Shown in pieces: positions 47,201 to 60,049 of a DNA stretch of 64,000 nt. Source of the DNA: Raillietiella orientalis (lineage: Eukaryota); contig JAYWIR010000001.1 of NCBI GenBank assembly GCA_036172245.1, forward strand, positions 9,796,001-9,860,000. Reading direction: 5' to 3'. The position numbers and the translations under genes were made by a program. Under the pieces are notes generated by a model. It was not told the origin of the DNA. It worked only from the letters and a program-made list of their open reading frames with translations, and did no database searches. The stretch's first letter is position 1. Every line of letters starts with the position of its first letter.

Positions 47201-50200
47201 GCATTGAGATTAGCATTAACTCTCTCTCGACCATCTCGACAGTTCGCTTCCGCGCCACACGCACGCGCGGGCAGACATGCAGCCTCACTGTTAACGGAAT
47301 CCATCAACAGAGCCGCCATTCTATCAACCGACCGATTGTTGGCTCCTCACTCCGCGTTCGCAAGGGGCACCCTGGTCCTCCTGACAAGCCTGCCCTCAGG
47401 GCACATGACCGCCCCCTACGGGCAGGCGAGACCGCTTTTTTTCCTTCCCCGCTTCTGGGGCACAGTCACCGCGGAGCGAGAGAGTGAATGAGGGGGAGGT
47501 TCGGTGAGGGGCGACGAGACCTTCTGTCTCGCGCGCGCGAGAGAGAAAGAGAGCACAACCTTTCTCCGTCCTGGAAGGGAGGGTGAGTCGGCCATCTCCT
47601 TCCCGAGTGCTCCAGCCCCAGAGATGGAGCCCCGCAGCCTTCTGAGGCCAACAAACGGCACTCGCGCCCTGAGTCTTCGCCTACCCGCCGCCGCAGCGCG
47701 GGCTGCAGGCAGCTGCTGCTCTTTTGTAGCGCCGGCGTCCCGCATGGCCAGCCGCCAGCCTCGCGAGCGGGCCGAAACGTGCCCGAGACCTCTCTCGCTG
47801 CACGCCTTCGCCAGCCAGAAGATCCCCGAGGTGGGAGCGTCGCACGGTTTCTGCACTCCGGAGGAAGGGCTCGCGCCCATCCCACCATCACGCAACCGAC
47901 CTCGTTCCCCTAAGTCCCGCTCTCTCTCCACCCTACCGTCCGTCGGTAAGCGGCGTCGCCGTGACATCACACGAGCCCTTCGCCCGCGTTTCCAAGGAAC
48001 AACCAACCAGCCTCTTTTCCCTCCAGGGAGGAGCACCGCGAGAGCCCTGCGTCTGCGTGAAAAAGAAGCAGGGAGGTGCCTTCCCTGGTTGCTGGCAAAC
48101 CGCAAACGTCATTTGGGAAACGAGGAAGCGCTCCAAAAAATGAACGAGTGGAGGCGAGGGTAGGGCAAGGGAAGAGGAGGACCGGGAGCAGATGGTTCGC
48201 TTCTCGTGGAGCGCAGTACCTCGTCCAGCGCGGGAAGGTCCGCTGAGGAAACGAAGGGAAGGGGGGAGTTTCCATGGGTCGTTCGCAAAGTGCTCCAGCA
48301 CCTTCCGCCTCCTCCCCTCCTCCCGAGAAAAAAATGCCTCCGATCTCTGGGCACAAGGCCTGAGAGTCTCTCGGGGGGACGGAAGAGGACCACAGGAAGC
48401 TGAGAGTTCTGTCCCCCGCGACACAGAGTGCAGCGCGATCCGTAAAGACCACTGAAGATGATGGTGGAAGGGGATGAACCTCTAACGTCCCTTCTTCTGC
48501 GCTCCGGAGAGAGCAGCCAGAAGCGCTCAGTAAGAAGCGAATGCTCCCCCGTGGCTCCCGAAGCGAGATATGCAGCAGAACTCCTTCCCTTTCCCTCTCT
48601 TCCCTGCCCGAGTCCGCGTTTCTCACGGATGACCTACCAGCCCATGAACTCGTGTCGAGCCAAGCGACAGCCCATCAGCAGCAGCAGCAGCATCTGCAGC
48701 TTCAAAGAGGTGAAAAGTTCGCTCCGCGATGTCCGCTCCACAAGTGGATCGGAGTTGCGCTCGCGGGATCTCAGGGACAGGAAGCCACTTGCAAGTTTCG
48801 AGGGGCGAAGGAGGCGCCCTTCTTTGCACCGGTCCGTGCAGCGCGCAAGCTGATGCTGAACCGCAAGTGCCGCTGAAAACCGAACAAGACTGCGTCCTCC
48901 ATCTCCCGTTGTTTTGCTTTCCAGGGTCCTGGATGCTACGGTAAAAGTTCCCACGTGAGGGTCGCCAAGGTTCACCTTGCATCAGTAGAGTTTTTCTTGG
49001 AAGAGTTCGAAAGAAGAATGGATCACAGCAGGGAAATGAAAAAAAAGAGGATGAAGAACGTAGGACAGATGTTCTGATACTCTTCCTTCAAAATGTGTCC
49101 TGTTACGACCGTCGTTTTCGGGAACCCTTGCTTGTGGAGAACGAGTCATCGTAAAAGATCAAGGAATCTTGCGCCACGAATCACTGTACCCCAAAATTTT
49201 CTGCTGAGCTTTCTCAGGGCTTTCCTGAACATCCCTCTGTTCCTTGTGCGTTTTATTGATGCGCAGCATGCTTTCCCTCTTTTCGGAAAATACCTCATTA
49301 CGTCATGCTTCCTTTTTATTGGTGCATTTTGCCAACCCACTGGCGTAATTTGTTCCTTCTGATTTATTTGGTCACTGATCGCAATTCGTCATTGTTTCCT
49401 TAGCGATTTTTTTTTTTATCTCCCGATTTCCCTTCCCTCCGCGACGGGAAAAAAAGCGGACTCTAAGCCCGTCTCCCATTATATCCGTCAGCATTAATCA
49501 GATTCCCGAATTTGGGCCTCCTTAAGGATCCTGCCTTAATCATCGTCCAATCACATAAATCATCGCAACTCCCGTTTTCATTTTCCGAAATAGGCAAAGT
49601 TCTCTTGTTAGAAGCACGCTGTCAGAGCAACGGTTCTGTCCGGCCGATGTCACGAACCGCGGTCATCTCCGGAAGGACATGGCACGCTTCCAACTTGCCC
49701 TGCTGTCCTGTTCATTCACACGGAGCATCCACCCATTGTCTAAACACGGAGATCTTCAGCGAAGCACGCAGGGACGGGGAGCGCATCCGCGTCTTCCGTC
49801 GGCCGTGCAGAAGTAAGCGGGGCGCTCCCCAGGAGCTTTGAATTCCGCGCGATTCCTCAGAGCCGCAGGGCGAGCGGACTCGAATCGTTCTGGCAAACTC
49901 GCGGGTGGGTGGGTGCGTGGGTGCCAACAATGGTTACCGTGGGAGGAGGCACGGCAGTTATCCGCCAGCCGCAATGATTGTTGCGCCGCCATGGCAACGG
50001 GGTTTCTTTCGATCTTTCGAAAGCGCATGGAGAGTCGGTGCGAGCACGCGGCATCGACAAGAATCCATTAGGGCCGGACGGTGTCTTGCTCACGTCACAC
50101 GCTTCTTGACCACTTGGATTGCCCCTCGTTCCCCTCGTTCCCTTCCCCCCTTCCACTCCGTCCTCCCCGACTCCCTCCCCACCCACACACTCTCTGTCCG

Positions 50201-52876
50201 CGGAGTAGGCTTTCCGGAACTGAGTAACTTCGGCCGACGAGTCCCGCATCCGGGACCGGACTTGGCGCGCGTCTGCTGGCCCACCAGGAGATCCCAAGGA
50301 AGGGTGGGCGCGGAGGGGTGGGCGTCAGGTCCACTCCACTTTGCGCGCTTCGCTTTGCGGGAGAGCGCTTGTAGTGTTCGGATCGCTGCATTTCTCTTTC
50401 TTTTTGTGTAGCTTTTCCGAGCTTTTTACGGGATACGGCAGTCCTCGGAGCTTGCAAATCCCGCTTCTCCGGCTGGCAGGGGAGGAGCAGCAGCAGCACG
50501 GACTCGTTGCAACGTAGGGCATCGGGAGTTCGTCTCAGGATTAGAAAGCACTGTCTGCGTTTCACCCGTTCGATCACGTCCGTTTCTAAGCAACCACACG
50601 TGGAGGAGTTATGTTCTGGAAAACGGCGTTTCTGTTGACATTACCCGTGTGTGTGCGTTTTCTTCTCTTTTTTCTTTCTTTTTAAAAAAAGCCGTTTCGC
50701 TTTCGTGTAGTTTTCGCGTATGACCCCCTCCCCTCCCCTCCATCGCCGCCTCCTACGGGCTATGGTGATTCACAGAGGCTTCACCCGAGCGGGCAGCGAG
50801 AGAGATCTCTTCTGGGTCTGTGCTTGCGCATGGGCTCCCCCCATCATGTCTTCGGAGGTGTGGCGGGATCCGACGGTGACGTGGAAGGGAGGGGAAAGGA
50901 AGTTGCAGTTCGCCCCCTTTCTGGCGTCCGTCGCTGCCACGACGGGGAAAGCGGGCCCGGGAGAAGACGAGCGCGCCCCACCGGAACTTTTGCGAAACCC
51001 TCCGCTCGACTAGACGCCAGAGCGTGGCCAACGCGCGAAGGCGCGCCTCACCGCTCTCTGCCACCCAAGGAAGCTGCGTTTTGCGCGCGCGCTGGGAAAA
51101 GCGGAAGTGTCGCAAGACACGGGGCTACTTCCCGCGCGCATGCGCGGTGGCAGGGTGCACGCGGTGCGAGCAGAGCGACTGCTTCGTTGCCGCTCTTCTT
51201 CTCCCACTTTTTGTTGTTTTAAGGGCCACGAACCCTCCCTGGGTTTCCGGAGACCGAGCTTTCTGGGAAGAGAGTCCGGGAAGAGAGGAAGGAGCGAGCA
51301 ACCCCTACTCTCCGCCAGTTCCACGGAAGCTCGAGAATCGCCGGCGGCGCGACTGGCACGGGCGCTTTCCCTTCTCTTCACCGTCAAAGGGAGGAGGAAG
51401 GCGAGTACCGATTTCGGGCAGAGCGTAAAACTCCCCTCCCCGGCTTCCTGCTGACCCCGGAGTCGGAACTCCTCTCCCTCCGCCTTCGCCTTCTTTCGTC
51501 CATCGCGCCGCGTGACCCAGATACCAGCTGCACGTGACGCAACCCGACCGATGCCGCTGCTGCCACAGCCGCTCCGCTCTTCTTCCTCCCTCGGTGCGAA
51601 GCAGCTGCTTCCTCTGCTCCTCCGCAATGCTACCCGGGGGGCGGAAATGGCGGAAGAGAAGGTGCAAGGAGAGGGTAGCTTTCGGGAAGCCGTGGGCCGG
51701 GAAGGGGAGGGAGCATCGAGTCGGCGCGCGTTCGGACGGAGGCGGGAAGGGAGAGTCGCCCTCCCCATTCGCCGCACCGATGATCGTCCTCCCTTCCCCC
51801 CGCCTCGCCCGCGCGAGCTGCTCTCCAGGAGTGCACGCGTGGGAGAAAGCGCCAAGGATGTTGCGCCTTCCGTCCGCTAGGAGCGCGGCGCCGCTGCCGA
51901 AGCTTCCCTCCCGTCATTGTTGCGATCTCCCGCAGCCTCCGGAGACTCGGAAGGAAGGAATGGGGGAATCGGGGGAGCTGAACCCCACCACGAGGTAGGG
52001 AAGTTCTCCCGGGAGGTGGAGAATGTGCTATAAAAAAAAAAAAAGAAAAAAGGAAAAAAATGCGCGTGCGACTGTCCCCCGCGCCTTCGAGGCATCACCC
52101 TCTGCAGCATCCCGTCTCCCTAAAGAGCTTGCGCAATCCGACCTTATCGGCTTTTTATCTCTGCCTTTTTTCTTCTCCTCCTCCTCCCGCCGCTGTTGTT
52201 GTTTTGCTGCGCTTTCCTCGAGAAAGAGCGACCCGTTCTCTGGCAACCCGCGTTTGCTTTCCGGCACGGTGACCCATTTATTGTGTCATCCCGCATTCCT
52301 CGGAGTCTTCTGCGGCGGCCCCCGTCCTTTCGCATCTCCTGGGGAAGCGCGCCGCGCCGCGCCTTCCGCGGAAGGAAGCGGAGGGGCGAGAGAAAAGCGC
52401 CTGGCCCCTTGCGTCGCGGACGGAACCCCCCCCCCCCCCCCCTCCTCATCCCCAAAGCGAAACAAGAAAAAAAATTTGCGCGCGCGCACTCGGGGGTGCG
52501 CGTCGTCGGCTGGAGCGCACGCGCCGTGCGGTCCCGCGCCGTTGTCTGCTCCGGCGGCGGCGGCCTCTTCCCGAAGACGAGGTTTTCCCCGCATGCACGG
52601 GATCCCCTCGAGGATGAAAAAAAAAAAAAAAGGGAAAGAAGAGGAATTTTTTTTTTTTTTTTTTACTCGGGAAGTCGCTCACGGCACCCCCGACTTCGCC
52701 CCGCTCTCGGCGAGCTCCCCTCCCTCCCCTTCCTCCACCAGCAAATTTAGGAGGAGCATGCCGTAACGTCTGTTACCTCTTTAAGAGGATGCGATTAGCG
52801 AAAAGTAAAAGCGGCCTGGCCTCATTCCTGCCGCATCCGCGAGCGCGCGTATCCCCCCCGAAAGGCTTCGTGCGGC

Positions 52877-52984
52877 TTTAAAAAGTGTATAGTGGTCAGC
52901 TCGGGACTTAGTCAACCGATAACGCTGGTGCAGGTGCGAGCGTGATCGAACGATAAGCGTTTTCACATGTCCTCAATAAACGAG
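52877..52984 (+). promoter_or_regulatory. Putative core promoter and non-coding exon 1 of the ZP-domain gene
   Basis: TATA-like TTTAAAAAG at 52877, arthropod Inr-like TTAGTC with +1 A at 52910 (about 32 bp downstream), and donor GAG|GTAAAG at 52984/52985. A matching strong acceptor tttttgtgttcttgcag ends at 57166. Confidence 0.5.
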
Positions 52985-53031
52985 GTAAAGGAGAGAAAAG
53001 AAAGGAAGGGAAGGAAGACGAAGCCGAGTTT

Positions 53032-53090
53032 TTTTGTTGTTGTTGTTGTTGAGGTGGTGGTGGCGGCGGCGGTGGTGGTGGTGGTGGTTG
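53032..53090. repeat. Compound (GTT)n/(GGT)n/(GGC)n microsatellite
   Basis: Directly visible triplet runs. Confidence 0.8.
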
Positions 53091-54129
53091 CGGCAACCTC
53101 ACGAAGCGATCTGAAGTGCGGGAAGAAGAATCGAATGATCCGTGAGCAGCACCGGTGTGGCAGGAGGAGGAGGATAGCGATCCGTGCTTTGCTCTCCCCC
53201 CCCCCTCTCTTCCTCCTCCCCCCGTTTCCCGAACGGGGGGGCTGGTGGTGAGCGCGCGCGTGTGTTTTCCGCCGTTTTCCGGAATCCGTCCCCCTCCCCC
53301 CTCCCGGGAGCGAGCGATCCCCCCTTCGGGCGAGGAGGGAGCCCGCCGCTGGCGCTGTAAATCGTGGGGGGGGGGGGGCACCGTCGTCTTCGGATGGAAC
53401 GGTCTCCTTTCGTGACTCCGGACGGGGGAGAGCGCGCGTGATTTTCCTACTCTGTCCCGCGTCCTTTCCTCTCCGGGGCCGTTAGCGAGACCCCTTCCGG
53501 CACGCACGGCGCGCGCGTGCCTCCCTGATCTCCCCCCTCGTGTAGACGCGAGAGTCGGGAGAGGTGCGAAAGGCGTGCGAGGTAAGTTGGCGCCGACCAG
53601 CCCGCGGGATTAAGCGAGGTGGCGACGGGGGTGACGATCCTCGATGCTGAGGGGGGCGCGCCGGACGTCTGTTTCGGTCGGTCACGCGATTCGCGCGCCC
53701 CCGATCCCGGCGGGTGGGAACCTCGCAGGATTGACTGAAGGAGCAGGAAGTGACGCGGCTGGAACACCCCGTCCCGGGGATCGCATCCAGATTGACCCGA
53801 GCGACTGCAGCTGCCCACTGGAGAGGCGGCTCGGCAAAACAGCGCGATCGCTCGGCGGTTCTTCGGCCACGAAAGGGATGACCATCGTCATATCGGCAGA
53901 GGGATCGACTGGTTGTTGTTGGCAGCACTGCCCCGCGCCTGGCACCTGGAGGCCCCGAAAGATGGGGAGCACAATGGCTCCGTCCTTCTTTGAATCGGCG
54001 ACCAAACGTGCGTCACGCGCAGCTTTCGGCGTCGGCGCTCCCATTCCTTTAAAGCTCAGCAGCCCGGGTGGCGGTGGTGCCGCCAGGTGCGCTGCGAATC
54101 GATCGAGCATTTCCACCACGGGCTGCGGT

Positions 54130-54177
54130 GGTTATTTATAAACCCGGCAACAATCGCGGCGGCAGTTATAAATAACC
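54130..54177. promoter_or_regulatory. Perfect 12-bp inverted repeat GGTTATTTATAA...TTATAAATAACC, each arm a MEF2-type YTAWWWWTAR site
   Basis: Arms at 54130-54141 and 54166-54177 are exact reverse complements around a 24-bp GC-rich spacer. Confidence 0.45.
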
Positions 54178-57100
54178 GTTTTATTTATTTTTAAATTCGG
54201 CTCCGGAAGACGTCCTCGCGCGGCGGCTTCGAGTTGTGCCCCCTCCTCCCCTCGGAATCCGACGAGATTGGAAAAGGAGGGGGCGCGCAAGGCACCAGGG
54301 AACGCCTCCCAGCACAGAGGTCCTGTCGGACCTGAGGAAAAATAAATTAGTAAATAAAGGAAAGCCGCTGTTTATGACGGACAAACCGCTTTGGAGTGCC
54401 TTCACTCCTGCCGCTGCGCTTTGGGACTGCACGTATCAGACGCGGACCGGGGCACCCCCCCGTATTTGTCGTTGAAACTCCATGCTGACCCGAAAGTTCG
54501 CGCTTAGGACGACGACGACGACGACGACACGATCCTCGAGATGCGAACTGCAGCAATCCACGCTCGAATTGGCGCCAGGCGAGTGGACAGGCGCTGAAGG
54601 TCAGCTCCCGCCATCTCGATCCATGGGATGGCTCGAGCCACCCGGTGGTCAGCTGCGAAGCCGTAGATTCGGAAAAAAAGAGGAGCAGCGCTTGCGTCCC
54701 GCCCAAGTGAATCGGGAGGCGCGCAGGCAGAGCAGGAGGGCGCGGGGGATAACGGGATCGGCATTTCGGAGCAAAACGGAACGCGCAACGCGCGATTTTC
54801 CCGCAGATTCCGAAAGAGCTCCTGCGTGCGGCGAGCTCGTGGTGGTCCACTTTCCATGCCTGAGAGGCAGTGCTTTCCATGCAGCCTGCAGGTCCGTAAT
54901 TTTCTGGGAACCGCGCCGCGTTCCCCAACGCAGTTTTCCTTGGAAAAAAAAGAAAAAAGAAAAACGCACGGGGGGGGGGGGAGCCTTCATGCTTTCATGC
55001 ACCAGGCGGCACAATAAGAAAGTGACCGGGGCGCCACGTCTGCTAATGATTTGGCCGGGACGAGATCCCGGTGGCACTTTGGCGTGTCTCCGCTCGTCTG
55101 TAGCCGGTGAGATGCAAATTGCAACACGGTTACGAATCACGGATTTGGAAAGTTTTGGACGCGCGCTTGTTCCAAGACTTCGGTCCTCTCTTCCGGACGA
55201 CGCCGAAACGTGGATATCCACTTTTTCCCGTTCCGGGGAGGCGGTCGGCTTCCGACCGATTTGGAACCGCCTCGGCTGTCCGAGACGAACGGAGACAGGA
55301 CCTCGTCCACCCGAGACTTCCAGGTTTCTTTCTCTTCCTCCCGGCGCGCGCGCGGTTTTCTGGACACGCGATGCTCCCCTTGCCGGAACGGGACCGACAT
55401 AGGTGGCCCAGTTTTTTGGTCAAGCAGGGTTTGTTGAGGAATTCCTGATGGCCTTCTCACATCGCCAGCCAGCCGTGGCGGAAACCGAAGCACACGTGTC
55501 AGCGCCTTTTCGGATGTACCGCCTGGCTTACCCTACTTCCTCATGCCGGTGTGTCGCGGGATTCTCCTCACCCCCCCTCCCCCCCCCCCATTCTGCTGGA
55601 ATTCTGCTTTCCGCGGTCCCGGAACCTCTCTTTTCGCCAGCGCACTTGTTTTAACACGCGTGGTGCGTGTGGTCAGTGGAAGCGCTGCCGATTGTATTTC
55701 CCCGCAAAACGCCGCTCTCGCGCCGCTGGCCGCAGCTGACACGGAAAAGGAGGGAGAGAGAGAGGGGGGGGGGAGAGAGAGAGAAAAGTATAATAACGGG
55801 ATCCTCGGCAGTATGTGGATTCTTAACGGTCCCTCAGGTGACGTCTTTGGGCATCACCTGGCCTGGAAACCCGCAACCATTTTTAGTCTCCCATTCGAGT
55901 CACCAATGTGGACGGAGTTTTTTTTTGGTTTGCGTCTGTGAGCCGTCGACTCTTTCGATGGGTTTTTCGTTTCTCCCTTTATAGCGCACGGAGTGATTAG
56001 CATGAGCTTCTGGATTTCGCCCTGTTGTGCAGTTCTGCGGTGGCACAGGTGACACCAGAGGGAACATTTGCTTGTTTCCCGCTTCCCCCCTCTTTTTCCA
56101 ATCCCGAAATGAACCATGGCTCGTCCGAACGCACGTTGGAACCGTACGGGTTTGCTGAAGTGTACACCGGGGATCGAAACGCGGCACCGCCGGACCTTCC
56201 GGCGCGATGCAATGGAGTGCAATTTTTTTTTTTTTTTTCTCGTTCCTTGAAGGTTTCCGTGAGACGTGTGTGTGTGGACACGTCTCACGGAAGGCGGTCT
56301 CAAGGAGTCTCAAGGAGGGTGTGTGGACGTGTGTGTGGTGGTCGTGACCTTGCGACGGACGATCCGTACGTCTGCAAATCCGTGGCTTTCGACTGCCCTG
56401 GGACAGCGGATCTGAGGACAACCACGGAATCACACCCGAACCCCCCTCTTCTTGTAGGGGTGAACCTGTGGGAGAAGCCGTGCACCCCTCGTGACGTCAG
56501 GGGGAGTCTTGGCCGCTCCGAATATTCGGCCGTGCTTCGGTTCGGAAAAAAACCTGGCACCTTCCTCTGAGGTTTCGTTGGTGATTCGTGACAGTCACGA
56601 GATTTTCTTTTCATTTTTTTTTTTTTTTGCACTTGTTTGTTTTATTTGTTTTCTGTCGGCTTCTCTCCATTTCTCCCGATAATTTGCAAGCACGCGCCTG
56701 TTCCCGAATGCTTGTCTGGGTACACATTACTTGTAGTCGCTGGGGATGAAGGGCAGCGGAGGAGGGGGGAATCGTTCAGCTTCGACCTCCAGCATCCGAA
56801 CGCCGCGAAGGAAGATGCGGTGGTGCTGGACCCGTTTGACGGCGGATTCATTTTTCTTGTCGCAATTAAAATCGATACAGGTCGCATCATCCATCTTGCT
56901 AGCGAGGAGGAGCATTCGAGCGGGCTGATTTGCATGCACGTGTGCTTGGAGTTCCAACAAAAAATGCGCTTGTTTGCAGTGACCTTATTCTTGGTCACTG
57001 GGACTCTCTTCGAAAGAGATACGTCGAAAGCCCGCGAGCGTGATGTAAAACGGGAGGGGAAGGGGGTATTTACTTAATTTTATTTTTTCCCCCCTCCCGT

Positions 57101-57403
57101 GTCAGAGACGCCTCCGGCACGCCAGGAGTCCGATTTGACGGATGTGTGTTTTTTGTGTTCTTGCAGGAAAGCAGGAGAGCCTGACCGGGCAATGCGGGTT
57201 TGAAAATGATGCAAGAGTAGCTGCTTGCCCTGGAAGAATCGGATTTTTCGCCTTACCCGCTGTCTATCCCCTGTTCCACAGCGGCCTCTTTCGTCGTTTG
57301 ACTTCAGCCGTCGGTCGGTCAGGGCTTCGGAGACGTCCCTTCCCTCCCCCTCCCCCCTGCTTTCGAGAGACCAAGCAACGCGCTCGCTCCCCCAGCCGGG
57401 ACA

Positions 57404-59167
57404 ATGAACGGGCTGGTTTTTGTTCTCGCCGTCGTCGCAGTTTTGGTGGAGTTCCAGGTAAAGAGGAGGAAAGAGAGAAAGCCGCCGACTTCCGGAGACC
57501 TCTAATCTGTGCGTGTGCATGTCTCTCCCCCGCAGGTTTCTTGCAGCCCTCCCGATAAGCAGGAAACTCTCGTCAAGAAGGCTGAATCTAGGGCAGGACC
57601 GTTCGGCGGGTCCATGGAGCACGGTCACGTCGGAGGACCGCCGAGGCAGGTGGCGCTGCGCCCAGGTCTCGCCCCCCTGGAATTTCCGGAACCCGGCGGC
57701 GTCCGAGACGCCGGGAGCGAGCCGTGGGGGCTTGCCTCCGCGGACACGCCCCAGATCAAGGGCATCAATGTGCAGTGCGAGAAGAACCACATGAGGGTGA
57801 ACGTACAGTTCGACAAGCCCTTCTACGGCATGGTCTTCTCGAAGGGTCACTACTCGGACCCGAACTGCGTGCACATGCAGCCGGGAACGGGCACGCTGGA
57901 GGTGAACTTCGACATCTTCCTGAGCAGCTGCGGCATGACGTCGTCCGGGAACTTCGACGAGTTCGGGCAGCCGTCCGTGCAGGGCAGTTACGTGGAGAAC
58001 ACGGTCATCGTGCAGTACGACCCGTTGGTGCAGGAGGTCTGGGACCAGGCCAGGCGCCTGCGCTGCACCTGGTACGACTTCTACGAAAAGTCGGTCACCT
58101 TTCGTCCATTCCACGTGGACTCCCTGAGCGCTGTGACCGCCAACTTCCTGGGAGACAACCTGCAGTGCTGGATGCAGATCCAAGTCGGGAAAGGTCCCTG
58201 GGCTCAGGAGGTGTCCGGCATCGTGAAGATCGGTCAGACCATGACGATGGTACTGGCCATCAAGGACGACGAGGGCAAGTTTGACATGCTGGTGCGGAAC
58301 TGCGTGGCGCATGACGGGAAGCGGGCCCCTATCCAGCTGGTGGATGGACAGGGCTGCGTGACGCGTCCCAAGATCATGAGCCGCTTCCAGAAGATCAAGA
58401 ACTTCGGACCGTCCGCCACCGTCACGTCCTTCGCCCTGTTCCAGGCGTTCAAGTTCCCGGACGCCATGAGCGTCCACTTCCAGTGCGTCATCCAGGTGTG
58501 CCGCTTCCAATGCCCCGAGCCGCAGTGCCCTGGAGACCCCCCCTTCGTCGGCGAGGAATCCAACCAAGTGCACGCTTCCCTCGATCCCCGATCGCCTTCT
58601 TCTAGCAACCACATTGACGACGGTGAGGTCCCCCCCGCTCCCATACCGGTCGGCTACCACGGACCGTTCCCTTCCGAGTTCCCGAACGTCCACGCCGCCG
58701 CCAACCGCGGGAAGGAAGACGCGATAGCCGCCGAGTCGGACACCAATCTGGCGCTGGCCGGAGGCAGACCCCGCGCGGTGGACGTTTCCCAGAACAACGA
58801 GGTGCAGCGTCGGCGTCGCCGCGACCTCAGGGTGTACAGGCGGTCGGCGACCGAGATGGCCGACATAGAAACCTCTCGGACGATCCAGGTCGTCGCCCCC
58901 GGAGACGTCGCCTTCAACCTCAACTCTGCCAACGACACCATCGTGGTCTCCAGCGCGTCCGCGGAGCTCGACGGCAGCAGCGTCTGCTTGTCTCTTCCTG
59001 GTTTCGTGGCCGGCATTGTCATGCTGCTCCTGGTGCTCGTGGTGGCGAGCCTGGTGGCCGGCTTCATGGTCATACGCATGAAGGGGTTCTCCACGCAAAA
59101 GTCCCACCTCCCGAACTTCGCCCGCCAGTCATTCGACATCCTTCCCGAATTCGTGAAGGCACCCTGA
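57404..59167 (+). CDS. dyl: Dusky/Dusky-like zona pellucida (ZP)-domain transmembrane cuticle protein (561 aa, 2 coding exons)
   Basis: Exon 57404-57457 encodes MNGLVFVLAVVAVLVEFQ (signal peptide, donor CAG|gtaaag). A 78-nt intron with a CTAAT branch point and ccccgcag acceptor leads to exon 57536-59167. The ZP domain (VQCEKNHMRVNVQFDKPFYGMVFSKG...QEVWDQARRLRCTWYDFYEK...ANFLGDNLQCWMQIQVGKGPW...FQAFKFPD..VHFQCVIQVCR) is followed by a polybasic furin site RRRRR and a TM helix (FVAGIVMLLLVLVVASLVAGFMVI). ATTAAA lies at 59961. The family call is secure; dyl rather than dy is from memory and less certain. Confidence 0.9.
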
Positions 59168-60049
59168 ACTCCCGTCGCTTCTCGTTTTCGTTAGTCTTTT
59201 TGTTTGTTTGTTCGTTCTTCGTTTTCGTTCCATTTCCTCCCCTCGCCCTATCCTCCCTCCCGCTGAAGGGTAGTTGAAGCCTCCAGCTACCCCTAGCATG
59301 GCAATCCGATGTCGAGAAGGAAGCGTCCCCGCAATTCTCCATGTTGGACCGTTTCCACACGCACAGGGACGGCGAGTCCCCGCGCCTGGCGTCAAGAAGC
59401 AAACCCAGAAAATCATGCACACGCACCGAAATGAGGAGATGCAGCAGCCTTTCGAGGTGCATCCCGGCTGCCTCCAGCACCACCCCGTTGTTTGATGCCT
59501 TCCCGTTTGATGCGAGTTAAGCAGCGCCATTTTGGTGTTGAGACTGCTTGGTGACGTTTTCTGGATGGCGATGCGGCTGTGCAGCCGGCATGCAAGGAAT
59601 CCCGAAAGCTGTTTCCGCTGCCACGCTTGCACGGCGTCTCTCCGGAATGGCCACTCTTGAACAGGGACCAAGGGAGTCCTGCTTTCGTGCGCACCTGTTC
59701 GTGCGGAACCGAGCTAACGGGGTCTCAAGCATCCAAAGCGAGGCGAGTTTCTCTGTCTCTCTCAGGCAGCAGAAATCTCTGTATGGAAGCAGAAGGGTGC
59801 GTTCCGTTAGAAGGAACGAACTGGATCCATCCGCAGAGTGACGCGAGCAAGTCTCCAGTGAGCGCAGCATCCTACACAAACCGTATTTCCTCTGATACGC
59901 GAAATCGTTTGCTTTGTGGAAGCTCAGATGCAAAGTGCTGCCGCCAATATTTTAAGTGCTATTAAAATCAGAAGAATACACGCACGTTTCAGGCTTAACT
60001 TCTACCCGTAAAGTTGATCAGGGAGAATGGAAAAGATTTTTCAGAGTTT

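Noticed and set aside
52770..55830. Ovo/Shavenbaby CNGTTA sites near the dyl-like gene
   Set aside because: Biologically attractive, since dyl is a Svb target in Drosophila, but the handful seen is no more than a 5-base motif would give by chance.
57509..57535. ORF-track start of the ZP protein at 57509
   Set aside because: It lies in the intron (GTG before the ccccgcag acceptor); the real signal peptide is on exon 57404-57457.
57080..59107. 675-aa antisense ORF over the ZP gene
   Set aside because: Shadow ORF produced by the high GC3 of the sense gene; no domain and no independent signals.
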